Positions 27,238-35,881 of a DNA stretch of 64,000 nt are shown in pieces; within the stretch, counting starts at the first letter, position 1, and each line of letters starts with the position of its first letter. Position numbers and translations under genes: made by a program. Location: assembly GCA_036351195.1 (NCBI GenBank), contig JAZBOQ010000143.1, forward strand, positions 29,526 through 93,525. The letters run 5' to 3'. The notes below the pieces were generated by a model. That model was not told the DNA's origin. It did not search any database and saw only the letters and a list, made by a program, of their open reading frames with translations. Source of the stretch: Thermoanaerobaculales bacterium. GTDB lineage: Bacteria > Acidobacteriota > Thermoanaerobaculia > Thermoanaerobaculales > Sulfomarinibacteraceae.

Positions 27238-30200
27238 CTACCGCCGCACCCGCACCGGAAACGGCGGCCGGACCGGCTCCACGGGGGGTGCGGCGTCGAG
27301 CATCTCGAGGACGACCTCGATGGCCTTCTCGAGCTGGGGATCGCGGCCGGCGATGACCTCGGCGGGCCACTGCTCGACCTCGATGTCCGGCGGCACCCCG
27401 ACGTTCTCGACGATGAAACCGTCCTCGGTCCAGATGCCGAGATTCGGCGCGGTGACGTAGCCGCCGTCCATGAGGATCGGAAAACCGAGGGTACCGACCA
27501 GCCCGCCCCACGTCGGACGGCCGATGAGCAGCCCGAGTTCGAGCTGCCGGAACATCCACGGCAGAAGGTCGCCGCCGGAGCCCGCGTTCTCGTCGATGAT
27601 CATGACCTTGGGCCCCTGGATCGCCGACAGCGGCGTCTTGATGTCGGCGCCGTAGCGCATGGCCCAGCGGCAGAGTTCGGGCCGGCGGAGGAGATCGATG
27701 TAGTAGTCGGCCACCTGTCCGCCGCCGTTGTAGCGCTCGTCGATGATGATGGCGTCCCGGTCGGCCTGGGGAAAGAAGTAGCGCTTGAAATAGGTGTGGC
27801 CCAGGGTTGTCGTGTTGGGGACGTAGACATAGGCCACCCTGCCGTCGGTGGCCTCGTCCACTTTCCGCAGGTTTCCCTCGACCCAGGCGCGATTTCGCAA
27901 GGCGCGTTCGTTGGCCACCGGCACCACCTCGACGGTGCGCGATCCGGAACCGTCGGCGTTCGGACCGACCGTCAGGTCGACGATGGTTCCGGCGGTCTTC
28001 TCGAAACGGGCGAAGAGGTTCGCGGGCGGTGTGAGGTCGACTCCGTTGACGGCGAGTAGGTACTCACCCTCCTCGACCGAAACGCCGGGCTCAGACAGTG
28101 GCGCGCGCAGCTCGGGGTTCCAGTTGAGGCCCCCAAAAACGCGTTTGAAACGGTAGCGCCCGTCGACGATCTCGTAGTCCGCACCAAGGAGCCCGCCTGG
28201 GATTTCGTCGGGTCTCGAGAGCCGGTCACCCCCGCCGACTCGGTGGTGGCCGACACCCAGCTCCGAGCACAGCCAGCGGATGAGGCGGTTGAGGTCCGAG
28301 CGGCAGGCCACATCCTCGAGGAACGGCTGGTACTTCGCCCTCATGGCGGACCAGTCCGCGCCGTGCATGCCGGAATCGTAGAAGAAGTCCCGGTTGATCC
28401 GCCACGCCTCATCGAAAATCTGCGCCCACTCGGCGCGGGGGTCGATCTTCACCGAGATCGAGGCGGTGTCCAGATCGCCCTTTCCGGCCTCCACCGGTGA
28501 TCCGGCGTCCGCTATGATCCAGGCCGACCCGGTGCTCACCAGGAGCTTGGTGCCATCGGCGCTGACGGTGAAACCCTCAACCCCGTCCAGGAGCTTCGTC
28601 TCTTCCCGTTCGGCGAGATCGTAGCGATAAAGCGCCGCCTCGCCGCCGCCGATACGGCGCCCCGCGGCGCCGGTCCTCATATAGTGGAGGACACCATCGG
28701 CTCCCGGAGCCAGATTGCCGTGGACACCCTCTGCCGTGGAAACCGCGAGAATTCTCTGATCGAGACCTTCCAGGTCGATGCGGACCTCGGTCTCGCCGCC
28801 TTCATCGTCAACCTGGTCATCCCCGTTCTCGCCCGACTCCTCGTCGCTCTCGGCCGCGAGAGGCGACGGCTCGTCGGCGGCGAGCACCGCGAGATAGAGG
28901 CCGTTTGTCATCCTCATGTCGGCGTTGGACATGGCGAACCAGGAACGCACCGGCCCGGCGTCGGTGGACCCGGTGAACCACAGAAACTTCCCGTTCGCGT
29001 CGAAACAGGGCTCGCCGACATCTGAAAGCCCGTCGGTGACCTCATACGACCGATCTTCCGCCACCGAGTAGAGCCACACCTGTTGCAGGTAGGTCGGAGT
29101 ATTTCGGGTGTAGACCAGCCACTTGGAGTCCGGCGACCAGTTGTGGTGTTGGGTTTTCACCGGACCGTAGACCACCTCCGAAGCGATCCGGCGTTGCTCG
29201 CCCGACGCAGCATCGATGACCCAGATGGTCCATGAGTTGTCGGAGTAGCTCAGGCGGGCCCCGTCGGGGGACCATTTGAGGTCCGAGTAGAAACCCGATC
29301 CTCCAAGGGTGTGGATCGTCACCTCGCCCCGCCCGTTCCGGGGTCCGATGTGAAGGGCCACCTCGCCGGAGGCGTCCGAAAAATACGCGATCTGCGCGCC
29401 GTTGGGCGACCATGCCGGACCGCGCTCGTGGGCCCCCGGGGTATTGGTGAGCACCCGCGGGTCTCCCTTGGCGGCCGGGACCGTGACGATCTCACCGCGA
29501 AACTCGAAGACCGCTCTCGCTCCCGACGGTGAGATGTCGGCGGCGCGGATGAAACGATCTCCTGTCGCGAACCGGGGGCGCGCCTCGTTGAGGTCGGCAG
29601 CGACGCCGATGGTCAACCGGGTCGAGGACCCGGCCATCGGATCGAAGATGTGCAGCGCCCCGGCCTGCTCGTAGACCACCATGCCCCCACCCGCCCGGGC
29701 GGCCTGAATCGGGTAGTCCTCGTGGAAGGTGAGCTGGATCGGTTCAATCCCGTGCCGATCCGAGGAGAACAGATTGAACTCACCGCTGCGGTCCGAGATG
29801 AAGTAGAGCGTGTCGTCAATCCACGTCGCGTCAACGTCGTTGCAACGCCCTTCGGGCTGAGGAACCTGCACCACCGAGTGATCCGCAGTGTCGTAGATCC
29901 AGATCCGCGACGCCGTCCCGCCGCGGTAGTTCTTCCACTGGCGGAAGGCTTCGCGCAACGGGTTGTAGGCGATGAACCGCCCGTCCGGCGAGTACGAGCC
30001 GTCGAATGCCGACGGCAGGGGCAACCGGGTCGGCCAGCCGCCGTCCACCGGGACGGTGAAAAACTGGACGAATCGGCGGGTGTGGGTCTCTCTCTCGGAT
30101 GAGAAGAGCACGGCCGTCCCGTCGGGGGTGAATCCCTGCACGACGTCCCGGTCCGGGTGCCAGGTCAGGCGAATCGGCGAGCCTCCGGCCGCCGGAATGA

Positions 30201-30489
30201 CGAAAATGTCCCGGTTGCCATCGTAGTGCCCGGTGAAGGCCACGAGCTCACCGTCAGGTGAGAAGCGCGGGTCCGATTCGACCCCCGGATGCGAGGTCAG
30301 CCGACGGGCGGTGCCGCCGTCTCTCCCCACGATCCAGAGGTCGTCGGCGTAGACGAACACGATGTCCGTGGCGCTCACTGCCGGATCGTGGAGCATGAGG
30401 GTGTCGTGGATGTCCACCGCAAGGACCGGTGCGGCCGCCGCCGCCAACCCGCCGATGAGCAGGATGGACACAGTGCGTAAGATGTTCAT
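27238..30489 (-). CDS. tricorn-like protease (beta-propeller N-terminal domains plus S41 peptidase core)
   Basis: ORF 27238..30489 with a signal peptide. TolB/WD40-like repeats (SPDGELVAFTG, SPDGRFIAYN, SPNGAQIAYFSD, SPDGARLSYS). C-terminal S41-like region (IIDENAGSGGDLL). Confidence 0.85.
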   Translation of the reverse strand: MNILRTVSILLIGGLAAAAAPVLAVDIHDTLMLHDPAVSATDIVFVYADDLWIVGRDGGTARRLTSHPGVESDPRFSPDGELVAFTGHYDGNRDIFVIPAAGGSPIRLTWHPDRDVVQGFTPDGTAVLFSSERETHTRRFVQFFTVPVDGGWPTRLPLPSAFDGSYSPDGRFIAYNPLREAFRQWKNYRGGTASRIWIYDTADHSVVQVPQPEGRCNDVDATWIDDTLYFISDRSGEFNLFSSDRHGIEPIQLTFHEDYPIQAARAGGGMVVYEQAGALHIFDPMAGSSTRLTIGVAADLNEARPRFATGDRFIRAADISPSGARAVFEFRGEIVTVPAAKGDPRVLTNTPGAHERGPAWSPNGAQIAYFSDASGEVALHIGPRNGRGEVTIHTLGGSGFYSDLKWSPDGARLSYSDNSWTIWVIDAASGEQRRIASEVVYGPVKTQHHNWSPDSKWLVYTRNTPTYLQQVWLYSVAEDRSYEVTDGLSDVGEPCFDANGKFLWFTGSTDAGPVRSWFAMSNADMRMTNGLYLAVLAADEPSPLAAESDEESGENGDDQVDDEGGETEVRIDLEGLDQRILAVSTAEGVHGNLAPGADGVLHYMRTGAAGRRIGGGEAALYRYDLAEREETKLLDGVEGFTVSADGTKLLVSTGSAWIIADAGSPVEAGKGDLDTASISVKIDPRAEWAQIFDEAWRINRDFFYDSGMHGADWSAMRAKYQPFLEDVACRSDLNRLIRWLCSELGVGHHRVGGGDRLSRPDEIPGGLLGADYEIVDGRYRFKRVFGGLNWNPELRAPLSEPGVSVEEGEYLLAVNGVDLTPPANLFARFEKTAGTIVDLTVGPNADGSGSRTVEVVPVANERALRNRAWVEGNLRKVDEATDGRVAYVYVPNTTTLGHTYFKRYFFPQADRDAIIIDERYNGGGQVADYYIDLLRRPELCRWAMRYGADIKTPLSAIQGPKVMIIDENAGSGGDLLPWMFRQLELGLLIGRPTWGGLVGTLGFPILMDGGYVTAPNLGIWTEDGFIVENVGVPPDIEVEQWPAEVIAGRDPQLEKAIEVVLEMLDAAPPVEPVRPPFPVRVRR

Positions 30490-30543
30490 GGTGTCTCCTC
30501 GGGTTCGCGATCGCTCCCACCCCGGTTTCAGGGCAGCCCGAGT

Positions 30544-31839
30544 CTACTCGACGCCCGTCGCGGAGTTCCAGCGCTCGCCGCCGGATTCCCGGAACGTTGG
30601 CTCGAAGGCCGGAGTGGGCGCCGGATCTCCCCCTGCGAGCCGCTCTTCGACGCGTCGCAGGTTGGCGCGGAAGATCTCGACGAGAGGATCATCCGTTTGC
30701 TCGGCCTGCGCCACCGCCTTGCGATACCACCGCATGGCTCCGGGGAGCTTGCCGCTGCGCTCGAGAGCTTCCCCAAGGCTGTCGTAGACGTTGGCCGAAT
30801 TCGGGTACAGCGCCACGTTGTACTCGAAGACCTCGACCGCATCATCGAGCTGCTCTTGCCCCAGGAGCCGGTAGCCGAGGAGGTTCACCATCACCTCGGG
30901 GGGCCGGACCTCGAAGCCCAGGCGCGCCGACAGATCTTCGAAGCGCGACGTAACGTCGTCCAGCGTCCCTTCCGCGACCAGGCCGCTGGTGTCCCAATCG
31001 GCATTGATGAAGCGCAGTCCGTGGTAGACGCTGCCGAGCACGGTCGTCCCGTGGTCCTCGCCGTGCATCTCCCGGTACGTCCATCGAAGGTCACCGGGGG
31101 CCGCCCCCCGCAGCACCGACCTGATGGAATCGAGATCCGTCGTCCACCGCGCGTCCTCGCGGTCGCTCATGGTGATGAACAGGGACACGGGCCAGGACTC
31201 CCGGTCGGCGAGGACTTTCCCGAGCCTGTCGGAGATCGGCAGGGCGCCGTCCCCCACCCGCTCGTCATTGGTAACCGCCGGGCTGATCGCGACGACGGCG
31301 TCGAAGAGATCCGGCCGTTCCACCAGGGCGTGCAGGACGAAAAGCCCACCGAGGGAGTGACCGATCACTGTCCGGTGGGGCGCGGTACGGAAGTTGCCCT
31401 CGATGAACGGGATCAGCTCGGATTGGAAAAAGTCGAGGAAGCGGTCGGCGCCGCCCGAGGAGCGATCTTCCGTCACCACCGCCGTGAAATCGCGGCTGCG
31501 GTCCGTATTGGCGATGCCCACCACCATTGAGCGCGGCATTCTCGCGTTGACGACGAGCAGGTCCACCGTCGCCGTGGTGTGAGCGAAGTTCGCCCGCCCG
31601 TCGAGCAGGTAGATCACCGGCAGGGGCTGTTGGTTTCGTCCGTAGTCTCCAGGGAGATAGACGAGGACGTCCCGTTGTTCGTCCAGCACCTCGGAAATCA
31701 GAGTGAGCGCGTGGCCGATGACCAGTGGTTTCGCTCCGTCGAGGATCGCGGCCTCCCCGCCCGTTGCGACCGCAGCATTCGCCCGCGTCACGATCACGAA
31801 GAGGCACAGCGTCACGCTAACGAGAAACCTTCGCGCCAT
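30544..31839 (-). CDS. secreted alpha/beta-hydrolase (putative esterase family) with C-terminal TPR
   Basis: ATG 31839 followed by signal peptide MARRFLVSVTLCLFVIVTRANA. Nucleophile elbow GHSLGG. C-terminal TPR-like YNVALYPNSANVYDSLGEALERSG. Confidence 0.75.
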   Translation of the reverse strand: MARRFLVSVTLCLFVIVTRANAAVATGGEAAILDGAKPLVIGHALTLISEVLDEQRDVLVYLPGDYGRNQQPLPVIYLLDGRANFAHTTATVDLLVVNARMPRSMVVGIANTDRSRDFTAVVTEDRSSGGADRFLDFFQSELIPFIEGNFRTAPHRTVIGHSLGGLFVLHALVERPDLFDAVVAISPAVTNDERVGDGALPISDRLGKVLADRESWPVSLFITMSDREDARWTTDLDSIRSVLRGAAPGDLRWTYREMHGEDHGTTVLGSVYHGLRFINADWDTSGLVAEGTLDDVTSRFEDLSARLGFEVRPPEVMVNLLGYRLLGQEQLDDAVEVFEYNVALYPNSANVYDSLGEALERSGKLPGAMRWYRKAVAQAEQTDDPLVEIFRANLRRVEERLAGGDPAPTPAFEPTFRESGGERWNSATGVE

Positions 31840-31883
31840 ACCCAGTTCGTACGTTTTAGAAAGACTCGGGTTTTCCCACCGGC

Positions 31884-32525
31884 TCAGTCGAGAACCATCC
31901 CGAGATGGACCGGCGCGGACCACCCCACCGCCTGGACCTCGAGGATCAGAGCTCCTCCGGCGGTAAAGCCCTGAGGTTTGGCGAAGTAGAGGATGTCGAT
32001 TATGGCGTACCCATTGGCCAGGGTGATCTCGTCGATGACCAGCGCCCGCCGGGAGTCCATCAGGTTGGGGAAGAAGTTCGACTGAACCAACCGCCGGTCG
32101 CGGGCCCAGACCTCCCACGGGATTCCGGTGCCCGAAACCGCCCGGGCGTCCCGTCCCAGCTGACGGTAGCCCTTGCGAAGCTCCTTCAGGGTCGGCATGG
32201 GGTAGCGCCTGCCGTCAGGGCCGATCAGACGGAAGCTGTCCCGGTCGAGCTCCACCGGCCGATCCGCCCGGTTGACCACCATCACCACCATGGGGAGGTA
32301 GTCCTCCTTGAACCGCTGCCGGGTGAGGCTGACGTTGGCCCACACCTCGCCCTCGACATTCTCTCCTTCGAACAGGACCTTCGGCGGTGCGTTCTCCTGT
32401 GCCGAAAGCGCCGGCGTCAACGCACTGAACAGGATCGCCGCCCCGAGGATTGCCACGAAAGGTCTCACCCCACCACCATAGGCCAACGTTGGACACACCG
32501 CAAAGGAGTTCCTCGCCTCGGACAT
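31884..32525 (-). CDS. hypothetical secreted protein
   Basis: ORF 31884..32567. Signal-like segment VRPFVAILGAAILFSALTPALSA/QE. No recognisable motifs, and the start is uncertain. Confidence 0.5.
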   Translation of the reverse strand: MSEARNSFAVCPTLAYGGGVRPFVAILGAAILFSALTPALSAQENAPPKVLFEGENVEGEVWANVSLTRQRFKEDYLPMVVMVVNRADRPVELDRDSFRLIGPDGRRYPMPTLKELRKGYRQLGRDARAVSGTGIPWEVWARDRRLVQSNFFPNLMDSRRALVIDEITLANGYAIIDILYFAKPQGFTAGGALILEVQAVGWSAPVHLGMVLD

Positions 32526-32610
32526 CACGCTCTCTGCCTCGGACTCCTCGATTCCGGAGAGAGACAATCTGCCGAAATCGTGCGACGAATCAGGAACGAA
32601 TCAGCGTAGA

Positions 32611-33804
32611 ATGCGCGCCGTGCCTGTGAACGATCTCAAACGGGCCCTTGTGGCCACCCTCTTCTTCGGCGCTGCCGGCGGCATCGTCATGGCCACGCTG
32701 AACAACTACCTCGCCGAGGTCCACCAGCTCAGCGCCGAAGCCCGGGGATGGCTCGAGCTGCCGCGCGAGCTCCCCGGGCTCGTCATCGTCTTCGTCGCCG
32801 GCGCCCTGCTCACCGTGATGCGGGAGACGCGCATGGCCGCCGCCGCCATGATCTTCACCGCTGTCGGCGCCCTCGGTCTCGGTTTCCTCACACCCAATCA
32901 CGCCCTGCTGGTGGTGTTCATCGTCATCTGGTCCCTCGGGGATCACATCATCTTTGCCGTGGAGGGCCCCATCGGTCTCAAGCTGTCCAAAGGCGGCAAG
33001 GAGGGCCGGCGTCTGGGTCAGTTCGGCGGAGCCCGCAACCTGGGCACGATCATCGGGGTCGGGACGATTTTCCTCCTCGCACGCGTTGTTGGCGACGACT
33101 TCGCGCTCTTCTTCGCCATCGCTGCAGGCTGCGCTCTCGCCGCCGGGGTGTGCTACGCGGGTCTCACGGTCGGCGATGGCGACCCCCCATCGCGGCGCCT
33201 CGTGTTCAAGCGTCGGTACTCGATCTTCTACGCCATCTCCGCCCTCTTCGGCATCCGGAAGCAGATCTTTCTCGCTTTCGGCGCCTGGGTGCTGGTGGAG
33301 ATCCACGGCGTGCCGGTGAGCACCATCGCCCTGCTCTACTTCATTGCCGCCACCCTCGGAGTGGTCTTTCGGCCGCTCCTGGGCGAGGTCATCGACTGGC
33401 TCGGCGAGCGCACCGTTCTGGCCGTCGACGAGTTGCTCCTGCTCACCATCTGCCTCGCCTACGCCTTCGCCAGCGACCTCCTGGCCCCACCATACGATCT
33501 GTGGCTCCTCTGCGCCGCCTACATCTTCGACAGCGTTCTCTTCGCCCTGAGAGTCGCCCGCACCACCTACCTCAAGAAGATCGCCGAGGACCCGTCGGAC
33601 ATCACGCCCACCATCTCGGCGGGCATCACCATCGACCACGCTGTGGCCACCACCCTGCCGATTCTGTCGGGCTACATCTGGGAGGCCTACGGCTTCCGGT
33701 GGGTGTTCATCCTGGCCGGCGCCATCGCCCTGATCGGATTCTTCGTGTGCCTGCAGGTGAGGATCCCGTATCCTGACGACGACGAGCCCGCGCTCGTTTC
33801 CTGA
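32611..33804 (+). CDS. MFS-type transporter
   Basis: ORF 32611..33804. About 12 hydrophobic spans and a two-halves organisation typical of the major facilitator superfamily. Confidence 0.7.
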   Translation: MRAVPVNDLKRALVATLFFGAAGGIVMATLNNYLAEVHQLSAEARGWLELPRELPGLVIVFVAGALLTVMRETRMAAAAMIFTAVGALGLGFLTPNHALLVVFIVIWSLGDHIIFAVEGPIGLKLSKGGKEGRRLGQFGGARNLGTIIGVGTIFLLARVVGDDFALFFAIAAGCALAAGVCYAGLTVGDGDPPSRRLVFKRRYSIFYAISALFGIRKQIFLAFGAWVLVEIHGVPVSTIALLYFIAATLGVVFRPLLGEVIDWLGERTVLAVDELLLLTICLAYAFASDLLAPPYDLWLLCAAYIFDSVLFALRVARTTYLKKIAEDPSDITPTISAGITIDHAVATTLPILSGYIWEAYGFRWVFILAGAIALIGFFVCLQVRIPYPDDDEPALVS

Positions 33805-33861
33805 AGACGGCTTGCTATTGCTGCCTCAACCGTTGTTAGAATCACCCTTCGGAGGATTCAC

Positions 33862-34947
33862 ATGCGTTCAGCCACCACATCGATCGTCTGCTTCGCCTTC
33901 CTGCTGTCTGCAATCGTGCCGGCGATTCCCGCGGACGCCTGCACCTCGTTTCTCATCAAACACCCCGATGGACCACTGATGGCCAAGAACTACGACTGGG
34001 ACGTGGCCGACGGATTCTTGGTGGTCAACCCTCGATCTCTCTCGAAGACGGCTCTCGTCGCCGAGGGCCTCACGCCCGTCCGGTGGTCCTCGCGCTACGG
34101 CAGCGTGACCTTCAACCAGTACGGCCGTGAGTTTCCCCTCGGGGGCATGAACGAGGTCGGACTCGCCATGGAAGTCCTGTGGCTCGACGGCACTGAGTAT
34201 CCCGACGCCGCCGGACGACGTTCCATCGGCACTCTGCAGTGGGTCCAGTACTGCCTTGACTCGTATCGCTCGGTGGACGACGTGGTTGCCAGTGCGTCAG
34301 AGCTCGCCATCAGCGGAACCGCGTCCGTCCACTTTCTCGCCTGCGACGCCACCGCCAACTGCGCCGTCATCGAGTTCCTCGACGGCACGCTGGTCTCGCG
34401 CAGCGAGCGCACGCTTCCCTTGCCGGTACTCACCAACAACACCTTCGCCGAGTCCCTCGATTACCTCAACCTCACCCTCGGTTACGGCGGCGAGCCCGTG
34501 GAGCCAAAGGGGACAGGCTCCTTGGCGCGCTTCGCGAGGGCGGCCAACGGCTCCCACCGCGCTCGCACCACCCCCGGGGGGAACCGCATCAATGACGCCT
34601 TCGCGGTCCTGGCCGACGTGGCTCAGCCCGATTCCACCCAGTGGAGCATCGTCTACGACCTCAGAGGACGCACCGTCCACTACCGGACGGCCGCCAACCC
34701 CAAGACCCGCACCTTCACCATGCGGGGGGTGGACCTCGAATGCAGCGGTCACACCGTCGTCGCCGATTTGCTGGCCGATGGTGAGGGCCCCGCCGTCATG
34801 AAACCGTTCAGCGGGGAAGCGAACCGGGCCGTCATCGAGGCCGCATTCGCGGCAGAAGCGCTCAAGGCGCCGGCTCCCGAGGTGATCGACGCCATGGCCA
34901 CCTACTCCGATCACGTGCGCTGCATCTTCGAACCCCACGTCGATTGA
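33862..34947 (+). CDS. secreted Ntn-hydrolase of the choloylglycine hydrolase / penicillin V acylase family
   Basis: Signal peptide ending ...AIPADA followed by C-T-S-F (N-terminal nucleophile Cys). NYDW motif follows. Confidence 0.75.
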   Translation: MRSATTSIVCFAFLLSAIVPAIPADACTSFLIKHPDGPLMAKNYDWDVADGFLVVNPRSLSKTALVAEGLTPVRWSSRYGSVTFNQYGREFPLGGMNEVGLAMEVLWLDGTEYPDAAGRRSIGTLQWVQYCLDSYRSVDDVVASASELAISGTASVHFLACDATANCAVIEFLDGTLVSRSERTLPLPVLTNNTFAESLDYLNLTLGYGGEPVEPKGTGSLARFARAANGSHRARTTPGGNRINDAFAVLADVAQPDSTQWSIVYDLRGRTVHYRTAANPKTRTFTMRGVDLECSGHTVVADLLADGEGPAVMKPFSGEANRAVIEAAFAAEALKAPAPEVIDAMATYSDHVRCIFEPHVD

Positions 34948-34975
34948 CCTGACGGGCGACTGAATCTGGCGGGAG

Positions 34976-35228
34976 CTACCAGACGAATGCGTAACCGAGC
35001 TTGAGAAACAAGGTTCGGTCGGTTGCGGTTCGCCAGACATCCTGGTTTTCGAACCCGGTCTCGCTGTAGCCGAGAAAAAGCACCGTCCGGGGATTGACCT
35101 CGTACGAGAACAGCAACTGGAGAAAGAGGTCCCGGCTGGTTTCGTCATAGTCCTCCGGCTCATCGTACAAACGGAGGTCACGTTCGATGTCGGCGTTCGA
35201 GGAGCGTTCGATGCGGCTGGCGGCATGT
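34976..35228 (-). pseudogene. possible remnant of an outer-membrane beta-barrel protein C-terminus
   Basis: Track ORF 34976..35356 ends ...RTVLFLGYSETGFENQDVWRTATDRTLFLKLGYAFVW, with alternating hydrophobics and a terminal aromatic. Its only ATG overlaps the acyltransferase gene by 128 nt. No start codon or SD lies after 35229. Confidence 0.3.
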
Positions 35229-35816
35229 TCAACCTCGGCGCCGACCGTGGATGCCCTCGTAGAACGCCTCGAGCGCCCGAAGGTCGACGACCACGTTGCC
35301 AGTGGGCTCGAAACACTGCCCGAGCCAGATGCACCGTGCGCCCCAGTCGAACGCAACGGGGATGATGGGGACCCCGCCGTCGACAGCGATACGGTAAAAC
35401 CCGGTCTTCCAACGTTTCACGTTGCTCCGCGTGCCCTCCGGCGACAGGGCCAGGATCATCTTTTCGCGATCGTTGAACAATCGAACCGTCTCCCCCACCA
35501 CCCCGCTCGGCGCACTCCGATCGACGGGAATACCGCCGAGCCACCGCATCGTCGGGCCCAGGGCTCGACCGAACAGGGTGTGTTTGCCGAGAAAGGTGAC
35601 CCGAAGACCGAGGGCGAACATGGCGGCGACCCCGAGTGGGAAGTCCCAATTGGAGGTGTGGGGGGCGACGATGACCACTCCTTTGGGCACGTCGGGGATG
35701 GCGCCGTCGAATCGCCACCCGGAGAGCCGCAGCGCACAGCGTCCCAGTGCCGCCGAAAGAGCATTCCCGCGTTGCGGGGTCGAACCGCCGAGCTTCGGCA
35801 CCTGTGGTGTTCCCAT
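35229..35816 (-). CDS. PlsC-family acyltransferase
   Basis: ORF 35229..35816. HX4D motif (HTSNWD) and PEGTRS motif. Confidence 0.8.
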   Translation of the reverse strand: MGTPQVPKLGGSTPQRGNALSAALGRCALRLSGWRFDGAIPDVPKGVVIVAPHTSNWDFPLGVAAMFALGLRVTFLGKHTLFGRALGPTMRWLGGIPVDRSAPSGVVGETVRLFNDREKMILALSPEGTRSNVKRWKTGFYRIAVDGGVPIIPVAFDWGARCIWLGQCFEPTGNVVVDLRALEAFYEGIHGRRRG

Positions 35817-35881
35817 CCGCGCCAGTGTACCCGGAGTCGCCCGCCGGGTCGCTTCGGCGCCGCGTCTGTTACGATTTCGTG

